Sequence record: MN091626.1
Direction: 5' to 3' (one strand)
Length of the DNA: 64,000 nt
Shown: piece after piece, positions 19,489-29,855 of the stretch
Numbering within the stretch: position 1 is the stretch's first letter
Layout of the letters: every line of letters begins with the position of its first letter
The notes under the pieces: model-generated
The model's database searches: none
What the model saw: only the letters and a program-made list of their open reading frames with translations
What the model was told of the DNA's origin: nothing
Translations under genes and position numbers: made by a program

Positions 19489-19513
19489 AAATAAAGAAAA
19501 AGGATGAAGTTAA

Positions 19514-20584
19514 ATGGATAGAGGAGATTTCTTAACAAGTTATACAAAAGATAAAGGTTATTATACACCTGTAAATTGGAATAGAGTAGATGATTATGTA
19601 GATATTATGACATATGACACTTTAGTATCTCAATTTTGGACATCAACACGTATTCCAGTATCTAATGATATTAAAGCTTGGTCTAATACTGATGATTTAA
19701 CTAAAGGAGTAGTTAATAAAGTATTTGCTGAATTAACTATTTTAGATACACTTCAATCTCGTGAAGGTTCTGATGCTTTAATGCATAGTGCATTAACTAC
19801 ATTAGAAGAAGATGTATTAAGAAATATCGGTTTTATGGAATCAATTCATGCTCGTAGTTATAGTACTATTTTTACTACATTATGTACTTCAAAAGAAGTA
19901 GATGAAAACTTTGAATGGGCAGAAAATAATAAATATGTACAAAAGAAAATTAAATTAATAAATGAAGCTTATCAATCTGGAGATATTCTTAAAATTCAAG
20001 CAGCTTCAGTATTCTTAGAATCATTCTTATTCTATTCAGGTTTCTATACTCCTTTAAGATTAAAAGATAGTCTTAAATCAGTTCTTGAAATCATAAAATT
20101 AATCTTAAGAGATGAGTCTGTTCATGGTTCATATATTGGATATAAATTCAGTAAGAGATTTGAAAAATTAAGTGAAGAAGAAAAAAATGAAACTAAAATG
20201 TGGGTAAATAACTTACTATTTGAACTTTATCAAGTTGAATGTGAATTCATTGAAGAAGTTTATACTGAAATTGGTTGGGCAGAAGATGTTAAATTATTCG
20301 CTCAATATAATGCTAATAAAGCTCTATTAAATCTTAAATTAGATCCTATTTTCGAAACTACTGAAGAAGATGTAAACCCTATCGTAATGGCAGGATTAAA
20401 AACTTCTACAGGAAATCATGACTTCTTCTCTCAAGAAGGTAATGGTTATTTATTAGGTAAAGCTGAAAATACTAAAGAAGAAGATTATGATTCAATCGAT
20501 ATTAATGAACTTAATAAGAATATCATTGATTCGTATAAAGATAAAGCAGACGATAGATTTAGTCATAGTTACTATATAGATTAA
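19514..20584 (+). CDS. nrdF: Ribonucleotide reductase class Ib beta subunit
   Basis: 'LTILDTLQ', 'MESIHARSYS', 'LESFLFYSGF', 'RDESVHG', 'HDFFS'. Confidence 0.95.
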   Translation: MDRGDFLTSYTKDKGYYTPVNWNRVDDYVDIMTYDTLVSQFWTSTRIPVSNDIKAWSNTDDLTKGVVNKVFAELTILDTLQSREGSDALMHSALTTLEEDVLRNIGFMESIHARSYSTIFTTLCTSKEVDENFEWAENNKYVQKKIKLINEAYQSGDILKIQAASVFLESFLFYSGFYTPLRLKDSLKSVLEIIKLILRDESVHGSYIGYKFSKRFEKLSEEEKNETKMWVNNLLFELYQVECEFIEEVYTEIGWAEDVKLFAQYNANKALLNLKLDPIFETTEEDVNPIVMAGLKTSTGNHDFFSQEGNGYLLGKAENTKEEDYDSIDINELNKNIIDSYKDKADDRFSHSYYID

Positions 20585-20671
20585 TAAAAATTTTATTGAA
20601 TGATTAACAAATATAGTATAATAAAAATAAAAAAGGTAATTTGTTTTTATTATGATTAATTTGCATACATT

Positions 20672-20703
20672 TCCCCTAACATTCTTAATTGATTGTTAGG
20701 GGA
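20672..20703 (+). terminator. Intrinsic terminator after nrdF
   Basis: tcccctaaca / tgttagggga followed by tttttt. Confidence 0.8.
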
Positions 20704-20774
20704 TTTTTTACGCCAAATTTTGATCTGTAACAAAGATATATTAATTCAATTAATGGGAAAGGAGATAAAATGGA

Positions 20775-21521
20775 TTGAAACTTAAAGAACTTAAAAGAGA
20801 TGGAAATTCTATTATATTCACTGGTGAAATATTAGACATTTACATTCCAAGAGAACAATTCAAAAAAGGTTTATCAGAACATCGTGGTGAGTATATTAAC
20901 ACGTATGGAATGTTTCAATTTGAAATAAAAACTGAGAAGCAAGCTGAAGAAGGTAAACAAGGTGTTTTAAGAAAAATGAAATATCCTAACCCTATCGATT
21001 TTAACTATGTAGAGAATTTTAAGTTTGATGGAAAACTGTCAGATAACATGGATTCAATACAATATGAAGTCTTTAGACTAAGAACCGGATGTCAATTTGT
21101 AGCTAATGTTAATATAGAACAATCAGCTGAAACTGTTAAGAATTTCTTATTCTTATTCCATGCAGGTAAATTACCTACTTTTATAGATTATAATGATATT
21201 ATTAAACTTCATTATGATGTATTGGATAGTAATAAAGTAAACCTTAAATCTAATTCATTAACTTATGAATTGATTATTGCTGAATTATGTAGATATAAAG
21301 AAAATGTAGAAACGCCTTATAGAATAGCTTTAAATAAAAAACAAAATGTTGGCCCTTTAGATTATATTAATTACAATCTTAAAAAATTACCTAACCTTAA
21401 TTCTACATTTGCTTCATTCACATTTGAAGGTATGGATGATACTATTGTGACATCTATAGGTAGAACTGCTAAAGGTGGAACAGAAAAACGTTCACCATTA
21501 GAAGACGTAATGAAATATTAA
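20775..21521 (+). CDS. Putative C-terminal fragment of RNAP beta' (probably virion RNAP)
   Basis: 'TYELIIAELCR' and 'NSTFASFTFEGMDDTIVTSI...SPLEDVM' parallel RpoC 'HIEVIVRQM' and 'SFISAASFQETTRVL...GLKENVI'; late promoter AACA-AAGATA-TA at 20729-20740. Confidence 0.55.
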   Translation: MKLKELKRDGNSIIFTGEILDIYIPREQFKKGLSEHRGEYINTYGMFQFEIKTEKQAEEGKQGVLRKMKYPNPIDFNYVENFKFDGKLSDNMDSIQYEVFRLRTGCQFVANVNIEQSAETVKNFLFLFHAGKLPTFIDYNDIIKLHYDVLDSNKVNLKSNSLTYELIIAELCRYKENVETPYRIALNKKQNVGPLDYINYNLKKLPNLNSTFASFTFEGMDDTIVTSIGRTAKGGTEKRSPLEDVMKY

Positions 21522-21544
21522 TAAGAAAGGATGAATCTAATAAA

Positions 21545-21739
21545 ATGTTCTGGAAAGTATCAAAGAATCTCTTAAAGTTATCTAGAAGTATTTTAACATT
21601 CATTGAACTTAATTCAAATAAAAAGAAATATCCACCTTATTTAGCTTTTTTAGTATTCCAGAATAGTATAACAATAGATCAAGTTCCTAATGAATTTAAA
21701 GAAGAAGTTCAATATTTATTGGATGAAAGTTTTAAATAA
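21545..21739 (+). CDS. CD1375/XkdX-like small protein
   Basis: C-terminal 'ITIDQVPNEFKEEVQYLL' matches the 'TIxDVPxxxREEVxxxL' pattern. Confidence 0.55.
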   Translation: MFWKVSKNLLKLSRSILTFIELNSNKKKYPPYLAFLVFQNSITIDQVPNEFKEEVQYLLDESFK

Positions 21740-21777
21740 ATTATGATTGGTATCATTGTATATACTTTTCTAAATTA

Positions 21778-21789
21778 AACATACTATTA
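21778..21789 (+). promoter_or_regulatory. AR9-type late promoter for sheath/tube
   Basis: AACA-TACTAT-TA. Confidence 0.65.
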
Positions 21790-21867
21790 TAAAATTTAAT
21801 TATAATATAAAATCTATTGAAATTAATCACATAGATGTAAATATTCGAAAGGAAGGTTACAAAACAT

Positions 21868-24800
21868 ATGGCAGACTTTATGTATCTCCATCCTTCTGTA
21901 CAAACACAAATCAACTCTTATCAAAATAATTACCCTACAGCTGAAGGTCCTGTAACATTATTTGCTGCAGACACTTTTGAAAAAGGTAAAGATGGAGTTA
22001 TTGATTTTGTAGGTACTGAAGAAGAATTTATTTTTAAATATGGTGAACCAAACTATACGAAATACGGTCAAGCTGCTTATAACCTCGTGAACTGGTTACG
22101 TTCTGGTGGTCAAGCTTATGTATTACGTGTATTACCTAAAAATGCAACTTACTCTCATGCTATATTAAACGTACAAAGTAGAGTACAAAAAGATGGTAAA
22201 AAAGTTTTAACGGATGCAAATGAATTAGTTAAAATTGATGATGTTAAAATTCGTCCAACAATTGCATTTGTTAAGAAAAATAATAGAAATATTGAAGAAT
22301 TAGTTAACGAAATCACTTTAGATCGTGGTAATGAACAAACAGTAGACGGTTATAATAATAACTTCTTACTTTTAGCTTATCCAAATGGTCGTGGTGAATC
22401 TTATAATGATTTAGGTATTCGTTTAACTTTAAATACTTCATATGACACTAGTGGTCGTACTGAACGTGTTTATAACTTAGAAGTACTTGAATTTGACGAA
22501 TTTAGTAATGTTAATGTAATTGATGGCCCATTCTTAGTTACATTTGATCCAGATTCAATTTCAGATACTGGTGAATCAATGTTCATCGAAGAGGTTGTTA
22601 ATCGTTATTCTAAATACGTTAACATCAAATTTAATCTAGAAAACTTCCAAAATCTAGCTAAAGAAATTAATCCTAATGTACATCCTGCAAGCATTGATGT
22701 TATTTCTGGTAAATCTAAAGTTAGTATTGATGGAACTCCTGAGACTTTCTACTCAGAAAAAACTAAACAATCTGAAGATATCCATATCACTTTACACCGT
22801 TACAATAATAAAGGTGTACCAGTAACTATTAGTGGTAACCCTGTATTGAATAAACCTGATTTTAACGATCCAGTTGAAAATGCATTAATTTCATTAGACA
22901 ATGGTATGCGTGAAAAAACTTTCGTTACAGATTCAGATCGTCTTTCTTACATGAGAGATCAATACAAAACTTTACGTTCTGATAATTTTACAGAATTTAA
23001 ATCATTATTAAATAAAATTATTGTACCGGGTAATGGTTTATTTGAAGATGATGCAGGTAGCTTACCTAAAACTATTAAAGATAATTTAGTTTCTGCAAAA
23101 TTAACACAAGAAGATGTAACTGCAGATATCAATGATGAAGAAGCAGTTGAAGAAGAATTAGCTGGAAAATTCAAACCTTCTGAAATTAATTTCGGTGGTA
23201 AACCTGCTGGAGCAGCTGAACGTTTAGTTCAAGATTATAACACTTATTTTGAAGATTCAAATGAAGAAAATCTTTCTGCAGTACTTTCAGGTACAGAAGA
23301 AATTGGTTCTTTATTATTAAACGAATTCTTAGATAACGGTAATAAACTTAACGCTGCTTACGAATTAGTTTATAAATCTAATTCAGGTATTTCTTCAAAT
23401 CCTAAATATCAAGCTGATGTTAAAGAATTACGTGATGTATTGGCTCAAAAAGACCAAATCCGTATCTTTGGTATTCAACATAAATCTAATATCTTAGATA
23501 TTACAAATGATATTGCTGAATTACGTATTGGTATGAAATCAGTTACTAACTTAGAAGGTATGTCTAAAGTATTAAATGATACTGAAACAGAATTACGCTA
23601 TGTAATTGACAACTTAATGCCTGCTGTTCGTGAAGGACTTCCTAAAGAAGCAGTTGACTTTATTAACACTGTTCCTGATGGTGATGATGAAGATACAGAA
23701 CGTGATTTAGTTTCTCCAGAAGCTATGTTAAACTCATTAGCTGACAAACAAATGTTAGTTGACGATATTAACTTAGGATTAATGGAAGACAATGCTGCTA
23801 ACCGTGAAGAAGTATTCGTAGCTTGTAATGAAATCGCTAACCAATTAGTTGATTTAATTAACAGAGCTGTTTCAGTAGCTTCTGTATATAAAGTTGCTCG
23901 TGCGGTACGTATTGCAGCTAATACAATCTATTATGATATTTCTATCTTCCGTAAAAATATTGATGAAATGATTCAAACTCGTTCTAACTATACAGAAAGA
24001 GATATTACATTGAATGCTCATCAAAATATTGAATTAGCTGTTGCTAACTTGAATAAAGCTAACTCTAAATACTTCAATACTAATCTTATTGATGTATCTA
24101 GTCCAGTTAAATTCTTATTCGGTTCTGATGGTGACTTCTCTTATGCTGAAGACATTTCATATAAAGATCGTAAAAACTCTGTTAACCGTGAATTAATTAA
24201 AGCTTATAAAGGTTTAATTGATGAAGAAATTACAAACACTAAAGCTTATCCATTTGATGTTGTTCTTGATGCTCGTTATTCTAACGAAGTTAAGTTCGCT
24301 ATCTCTGAATTAGCTAAAAATGTTCGTAAAGACTTTGTATTCTTAGCTGATACGGTTACTGATCGTTACCCAGTTAGTCCTGAAGATGCAATTAGATGGA
24401 GAAAAGAAGAATTTGCTGTTTCTTCTGAGTATACAGCTATTTACTCTCAAGATTTAACTTACTATGATGAGTACACTGGTAGAGACATTCGTTTCACACC
24501 AACTTATCGTTTAGCTTCAATGATTCCTTATCAAGCTGTTAACTCTGGTTTACACTTCCCAATTGCAGGACCTAGACGTGGACTAGTTGAAGGACATAAA
24601 GCTTTATCTTGGGCTCCTAATGAACCTTATAAAGAAAAACTTTATACTTCTAAAATTAACTACATTGAAAAAGATATTGATAGAACTAAATTTGGTGCAC
24701 AAATGACTTCTATTAAATCTGATGGTCCATTATCTAACTTGAACAATATCTTTACATTAAATCAAATTAAACGTGATGCAGAAACTCTTGTTTCTGATTA

Positions 24801-25020
24801 CCAATTTGAATTAAATGATGATGAAACTCGTTCAATTATGGGTACAGAGTTGAATGCTTATCTTACTCGTTATGTATCTAACCGTAGCTGTGAAACTATT
24901 CAAGCTGAAGTTAGTGCAGATGAATACGATAAATCTCAACGTATTGTACGTGTTAAAATTTCTGTTAAATTCAACAATGTTATTGAACGTATCTTCATTG
25001 ACATTAATGTTGAAAAATAA
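21868..25020 (+). CDS. Contractile tail sheath protein
   Basis: 1050 aa; N-term 'EEEFIFKYGEPN...YGQAAY...WLRSGG.AYVLRV'; C-term 'FPIAGPRRG', 'RVKISVKFNNVIERIFIDINV'. Confidence 0.88.
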   Translation: MADFMYLHPSVQTQINSYQNNYPTAEGPVTLFAADTFEKGKDGVIDFVGTEEEFIFKYGEPNYTKYGQAAYNLVNWLRSGGQAYVLRVLPKNATYSHAILNVQSRVQKDGKKVLTDANELVKIDDVKIRPTIAFVKKNNRNIEELVNEITLDRGNEQTVDGYNNNFLLLAYPNGRGESYNDLGIRLTLNTSYDTSGRTERVYNLEVLEFDEFSNVNVIDGPFLVTFDPDSISDTGESMFIEEVVNRYSKYVNIKFNLENFQNLAKEINPNVHPASIDVISGKSKVSIDGTPETFYSEKTKQSEDIHITLHRYNNKGVPVTISGNPVLNKPDFNDPVENALISLDNGMREKTFVTDSDRLSYMRDQYKTLRSDNFTEFKSLLNKIIVPGNGLFEDDAGSLPKTIKDNLVSAKLTQEDVTADINDEEAVEEELAGKFKPSEINFGGKPAGAAERLVQDYNTYFEDSNEENLSAVLSGTEEIGSLLLNEFLDNGNKLNAAYELVYKSNSGISSNPKYQADVKELRDVLAQKDQIRIFGIQHKSNILDITNDIAELRIGMKSVTNLEGMSKVLNDTETELRYVIDNLMPAVREGLPKEAVDFINTVPDGDDEDTERDLVSPEAMLNSLADKQMLVDDINLGLMEDNAANREEVFVACNEIANQLVDLINRAVSVASVYKVARAVRIAANTIYYDISIFRKNIDEMIQTRSNYTERDITLNAHQNIELAVANLNKANSKYFNTNLIDVSSPVKFLFGSDGDFSYAEDISYKDRKNSVNRELIKAYKGLIDEEITNTKAYPFDVVLDARYSNEVKFAISELAKNVRKDFVFLADTVTDRYPVSPEDAIRWRKEEFAVSSEYTAIYSQDLTYYDEYTGRDIRFTPTYRLASMIPYQAVNSGLHFPIAGPRRGLVEGHKALSWAPNEPYKEKLYTSKINYIEKDIDRTKFGAQMTSIKSDGPLSNLNNIFTLNQIKRDAETLVSDYQFELNDDETRSIMGTELNAYLTRYVSNRSCETIQAEVSADEYDKSQRIVRVKISVKFNNVIERIFIDINVEK

Positions 25021-25028
25021 TTAAACTT

Positions 25029-25062
25029 ATAGGATACGGCTTAATATACAGTCGTATCCTAT
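25029..25062 (+). terminator. Hairpin/terminator between sheath and tube
   Basis: ataggatacggct / agtcgtatcctat followed by ttt. Confidence 0.7.
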
Positions 25063-25173
25063 TTTATTATATAAATAAAGATCTTATATTAAATTATACG
25101 TATGAAGATGGTATATAAACTTCTATAATATACATTTATGTAAATAAGATTAATGAAAAGGAGAAAATAATAT

Positions 25174-25980
25174 ATGATTTTACCAAGTAAAAATCAGCGT
25201 GTGTTTGATAATAACATCGCTAAGAACAAGTGGTTCTATAATGGACATATGAATCTTCAAACTCTTGAGTTTGATCCATTCGTAACTGGTTATTCATTCA
25301 TAGTATGGACTAAGATTCCTTCTTGGGTTGAAAAACAATTCCCTGGTTTTAAAGCTATGACTCAAAAGAACTTTAAATCATTCCAAGGTTTAGAAAACAT
25401 TGAAATGACTACAAACGATTATATGCATACGTTTAACGGTAATAACTATCGTACAGCTGCTAGTATTACAAAAGGAAACACTGGTTTCCAAATGACTCAC
25501 CAAGAATTCTCTGGTAGTCCAATTAAAAATATGTATCAATACTGGGTATCTGGTATCCGTGATCCTCGTACTGGTATTGCAACTTATCCTAAAATTCATA
25601 ATTTAGAATATGCTGCTAAAAACCATACAGGTGAATTATTATATATTCAAACTCGTCCAGATGCTAATAATACATCTAAAAATAATATTGAATTCGCTGC
25701 TTATTACACTGCAGTAATACCTACTCGTATTTCTCTTGATCACCATAACTACACTATGGAAACTCATGAAGAAGCACAAATTGAGCAAGACTTTGCAGGT
25801 AATATGGAAATTTCAGCACGTGTAAATGACTTTGCTAAGTCTAAACTTAATGAAATTTACAGCTTCACTGAACAAGGTATGTTTGATCCATCTGCACCTA
25901 AAACTGCTGGAGATAACTTATCTGATTTCGACTATAATAAAGGTGGAATCACTGGTTCAGGTAACGGAGATCTTAAATAA
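25174..25980 (+). CDS. Tail tube protein
   Basis: Directly downstream of sheath, high-expression codons, 268 aa, 'HQEFSGSPI...YWVSGIRDP'. Confidence 0.75.
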   Translation: MILPSKNQRVFDNNIAKNKWFYNGHMNLQTLEFDPFVTGYSFIVWTKIPSWVEKQFPGFKAMTQKNFKSFQGLENIEMTTNDYMHTFNGNNYRTAASITKGNTGFQMTHQEFSGSPIKNMYQYWVSGIRDPRTGIATYPKIHNLEYAAKNHTGELLYIQTRPDANNTSKNNIEFAAYYTAVIPTRISLDHHNYTMETHEEAQIEQDFAGNMEISARVNDFAKSKLNEIYSFTEQGMFDPSAPKTAGDNLSDFDYNKGGITGSGNGDLK

Positions 25981-25999
25981 TAGATTCTCTCAAATAAAA

Positions 26000-26031
26000 T
26001 CCCCTAATACTAAATTAATAGTATTAGGGGA
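26000..26031. terminator. Bidirectional terminator
   Basis: tcccctaatacta / tagtattagggga between convergent genes. Confidence 0.85.
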
Positions 26032-26042
26032 ATATTTTTGAA

Positions 26043-28208
26043 TTATTTATTAATTCTACTGTATATATGACAAAATGTTATGTCGTCTAAATTTACTGTT
26101 TCATTTAGTAATCTTTCTTTCCAGTTCTCTCCAAGATCATATATCATTTCTGATAATACTTTTTCTGTATAATTTTGTAAAGGAACTAGTTTAGCATCAT
26201 ATTTACTGAATTTTCGTATATAGTTTTCATAACTTAAATCGTCAGATACATATTTAATAGATTCAAATATATAAGGTTTAAATATCATATATCTATCAAA
26301 ATCCATATCATCATGAATCATCAATAATTTAGGTAAATAATAAGATTCAATAGGTACTTTAATTTCTAATCCTTGAATATTATTTTTATAATGAACTTCA
26401 TATTTTAATTTTCTATCTTTCCAATCAAAATTATTAAGAGCGTAATGTATAGGTTCTTCTTCAATATAATAATCGATTCCATCATCACTATATAATTGAA
26501 CACTATCAAATGATCTAGGATCATTATCTGAATCAATATTATTTAACTCATTATCTTCATTAGTCATTACATAATCTTCATATATAAAATAATAATTTTT
26601 AATATTAGGATACACTAAAGCTTTTTTATTAACATCTGAATGTTTTTTGACTGTATTTGAATTTATAATAAGAGAATCAAATAAGAAATTATTTTTGTCA
26701 GGTGTAGTTATTTGTATATCATTTTCTTTTCTAAGATAAATTTCATTGATATATTCATCTATATTCATTTCTGGAAATCTCTTATATAAACCTAATGTAC
26801 ATAAATTGTTATGATCTTCATGAACTTTAGCAATATAATTTTTACCATTAATATTTACTACCGCTTCTTCTTGTTTAGAATTCTTTATTTGATCATTATT
26901 AAATTTTCTTCTAAATAATATTTTGAAATCATACATTCCAGATTCAGATAAATTTAAAGTATTCTTAACAGTTCCTGTAGTTAAAGAAAATTTATCAGAT
27001 AAACTACTAACTTCTTCTATATTTGTAGTTTTATTATCTATTTTAAAAGTTTCTAAAGTTTTACCAGTTCCCTGATTATAAGAATCATTATCTATATAGA
27101 AATCTTTAATAGGTACTATAGTTCTAGTTCCTACTTTAAAGTGATTTTCTTGTTTTGAATAGAAAGGATTTTTAGCTTCAGGAACTTCAACTTCTTCTAA
27201 TAATATAACATTTATATCATTTTCTTTAGTAGAGAAGTTTTTATCATATTCAAATTTAAATGTATGAGTTCCTTCCTCCAAGTATATTGGTGGCTCTTCA
27301 AAATATTCATCTGTAGCATCATCATATTTTTCTAATATAGATCTAAACCATAATAAACTTTTATTCGTAGGAGTCCTAAAATAACTTCCTACATTATCTA
27401 TAAACACTTTATTCACTGTACCATTATTATAATGATTTCCAGCTTTAAATCTTACTTCATAATGGGATGATTTAGGAATATTAATTTTCATTTCTAATAT
27501 TCCATCTTCTATAGTCACATATCCTTTTCCTAAGAACCTATCATAACCTGAATCTCTCTTATAAGCTCCATCAAATTCACTTTCTCTAGTTCTATAAACA
27601 TCACCTAAATATGCATCATAGAATATTCTTCCATCTTCTACTAACCCATTATATATAATACCATCTATTAATTCAGATTCTTTTAATATTTTTTTATTAA
27701 ATGCATAGTCTTTAGGATAATTATTATTATCTTTATAGACTGGTGGATAAGGTTCAATTTTCACCTCACTTTCTACCAGATTGTTAAAATTTAAATCTTC
27801 ATACTCAATATTACCTATATAATTGGTATCATATATTCTTTCCATTTTACCTAAGTAATTATAATATATTGTAAATAAATCATATTTTAATTCACCAATT
27901 AATTCATAAGGTCTTTCTTCATAAACTAAAACATCTTTAGTTAATTCATTTTGATTTAATATAGGATTTTCAATTCCATATTCTTTTTTAATATAGGAAG
28001 CTGATTCAAATAAATTAACCTCACCATCTTCTTTAAAAGATAATTTTTTGTATTCATCAGAATCAAATTCTATTTTTAATAATAATTTTTCTTTCTTTTT
28101 AGTTTTAGTTGTAATCAATGGTCTATTTTCATTATCTTTAATTTTAGTAATAACGATTTCACCATTATTATTTTTATCAATTAACTCTTCTATTCTATAA
28201 AGCTTCAT
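26043..28208 (-). CDS. Virion protein with CBM6/35-like carbohydrate-binding modules
   Basis: 'LEMKINIPKSSHYEVRFK...IYLEEGTHTFKF' and a second 'LSESGMYDFKILF...IYLRKENDIQI' beta-sandwich pattern. Confidence 0.5.
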   Translation of the reverse strand: MKLYRIEELIDKNNNGEIVITKIKDNENRPLITTKTKKKEKLLLKIEFDSDEYKKLSFKEDGEVNLFESASYIKKEYGIENPILNQNELTKDVLVYEERPYELIGELKYDLFTIYYNYLGKMERIYDTNYIGNIEYEDLNFNNLVESEVKIEPYPPVYKDNNNYPKDYAFNKKILKESELIDGIIYNGLVEDGRIFYDAYLGDVYRTRESEFDGAYKRDSGYDRFLGKGYVTIEDGILEMKINIPKSSHYEVRFKAGNHYNNGTVNKVFIDNVGSYFRTPTNKSLLWFRSILEKYDDATDEYFEEPPIYLEEGTHTFKFEYDKNFSTKENDINVILLEEVEVPEAKNPFYSKQENHFKVGTRTIVPIKDFYIDNDSYNQGTGKTLETFKIDNKTTNIEEVSSLSDKFSLTTGTVKNTLNLSESGMYDFKILFRRKFNNDQIKNSKQEEAVVNINGKNYIAKVHEDHNNLCTLGLYKRFPEMNIDEYINEIYLRKENDIQITTPDKNNFLFDSLIINSNTVKKHSDVNKKALVYPNIKNYYFIYEDYVMTNEDNELNNIDSDNDPRSFDSVQLYSDDGIDYYIEEEPIHYALNNFDWKDRKLKYEVHYKNNIQGLEIKVPIESYYLPKLLMIHDDMDFDRYMIFKPYIFESIKYVSDDLSYENYIRKFSKYDAKLVPLQNYTEKVLSEMIYDLGENWKERLLNETVNLDDITFCHIYSRINK

Positions 28209-28238
28209 TGTAATAACTCAACTCTCTTCTATAATATT

Positions 28239-29741
28239 TTATGATAATGCACTTCCAATAGCACTGTTAGGATGAGGGTTTGCTTGAGATTTATAACCGT
28301 AAATAGTATCATCTATTTGTTGTTTAAATACTCTTCCTTTTAACACTTGCATACTTCTTGAATACTGATTTTGCATATTAATTTGAGCTTTATCTATAAT
28401 TGATAGTTGATCTCTTCTAATACCTGCTAAACAATCAATATAAGAAATTAAACCTGTATTAAATTTCATACGTTGGAATGATTTTGATGCCATTAAGTTA
28501 GGGTACATATCTCTTACATTTAGTGAAACTGTTATTTCTCTAGGGAAACCATCTGCTGTCCATGTACCTTCTTCTCCACGAACTATATTCATTGATGTTA
28601 TAATACCTGTATGACATTCAAATCTACCAGGACAGTTTGCTCTAACAATGAATGGTTGTTTATATGAGAAAATAGAATCTTGTAAAGGTAAAGCTAATAC
28701 CAATAATGACATGAACGGTAAATATACATTTTCAAAAATAGATTGAGGATCTCCATACGCACTATAGAATTTAAATTCTAAGTTATAAGTACGGTCAAAA
28801 GTTGAGTTCATCCATACATCAGGATAATACATTGATGCTCCATCTAAATTTTCCATAAAGTTACCAACTATACCACCTAATACTGGCATATTTGCAACCA
28901 TATCATTAATGCTATCTTTAATAGATCTTGTAATTTTACCTAAAATAGAAGCTCCTCCAATACGAGCCATTTCTTTTTCTTCACGTATTTCTTGGTTTTT
29001 ATTATTAATCTGAGAAGCTATATCAGATTGATTATACTCATGCATTGCTGATTCAGACACACTAGTAGCTTTATCCGCATAATAAGCTAAACCATAGTTT
29101 TTGTCATCTAAAGATCCACCTAAATCAAATGATCCTTTTAATCCCATAGATGCATGTAATTGACTTCCCATGGTTTGTACGTATTTATAATATTCACTCA
29201 TTTTAGGTTCAAAACTAACCATACGTCCATCTTTAGTATTACCTATACCAACTAACCCAGCTGTAGTATTTGCTAATCTGTCTAAACCTTCTCCAAAACT
29301 CCATAATTTACCTTCACCTGGTTTACCGAATAGTTTACCATTTAGTTTAGGCATACCTGGCATTATAAATACTAATGGTAAATCTAATTCAAATGTCCTT
29401 TTATAAATACGTCTATTAGGATCATCTAAACTGGAGTAATACATAGGCATTCCAAAAACATCCAGTTCACCTTTAACATTTCTCAATTTAGTTTTATCGG
29501 ATGCTCCGTATTCAGAAATCTCACGACTATTACCTAAAGCATCTTTAAATACACCTAAATCATTTTGACTTGGATCATATTCTTGGTAAGCATAATCTCC
29601 TTTAGTCTCATCAGGTTTAGGTATTAAAGCAATATCATCATCACTAATATTAAGTTTATCTTGTGCTTTTTCTCTAGCTTTTTTATCAGCTTTTTCTACT
29701 TGTTCTTTTATATCTTTTTCATTAGGCAATTTTAAATTCAC
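28239..29741 (-). CDS. Baseplate hub / tail-tube initiator-like protein
   Basis: C-terminal 'GIITSMNIVRG...DGFPREITVSLNVRDM' resembles gp48/gp54-type tube folds; downstream of tail hydrolase genes. Confidence 0.5.
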   Translation of the reverse strand: MNLKLPNEKDIKEQVEKADKKAREKAQDKLNISDDDIALIPKPDETKGDYAYQEYDPSQNDLGVFKDALGNSREISEYGASDKTKLRNVKGELDVFGMPMYYSSLDDPNRRIYKRTFELDLPLVFIMPGMPKLNGKLFGKPGEGKLWSFGEGLDRLANTTAGLVGIGNTKDGRMVSFEPKMSEYYKYVQTMGSQLHASMGLKGSFDLGGSLDDKNYGLAYYADKATSVSESAMHEYNQSDIASQINNKNQEIREEKEMARIGGASILGKITRSIKDSINDMVANMPVLGGIVGNFMENLDGASMYYPDVWMNSTFDRTYNLEFKFYSAYGDPQSIFENVYLPFMSLLVLALPLQDSIFSYKQPFIVRANCPGRFECHTGIITSMNIVRGEEGTWTADGFPREITVSLNVRDMYPNLMASKSFQRMKFNTGLISYIDCLAGIRRDQLSIIDKAQINMQNQYSRSMQVLKGRVFKQQIDDTIYGYKSQANPHPNSAIGSALS

Positions 29742-29765
29742 TTCCTTTTCATTTCAGAAATAATA

Positions 29766-29805
29766 TATGCGGATATGACATATAATAAACTGTCATATCC
29801 GCATA
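29766..29805 (-). terminator. Hairpin/terminator after 29856-35735
   Basis: tatgcggatatgaca / tgtcatatccgcata, 15-bp stem. Confidence 0.7.
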
Positions 29806-29855
29806 ATCTTTACTATATAAAAGAGTTGTTCTTCTATTTATTCAAATCATTAACT

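Noticed and set aside
17053-20584. Intron or intein in nrdE/nrdF
   Set aside because: Both are continuous, of normal length, with no splicing motifs.
20585-20710. Possible small RNA between nrdF and its terminator
   Set aside because: Promoter matches are imperfect (AACA-N6-GT; 15-nt sigma70 spacer); simpler as a 3' UTR.
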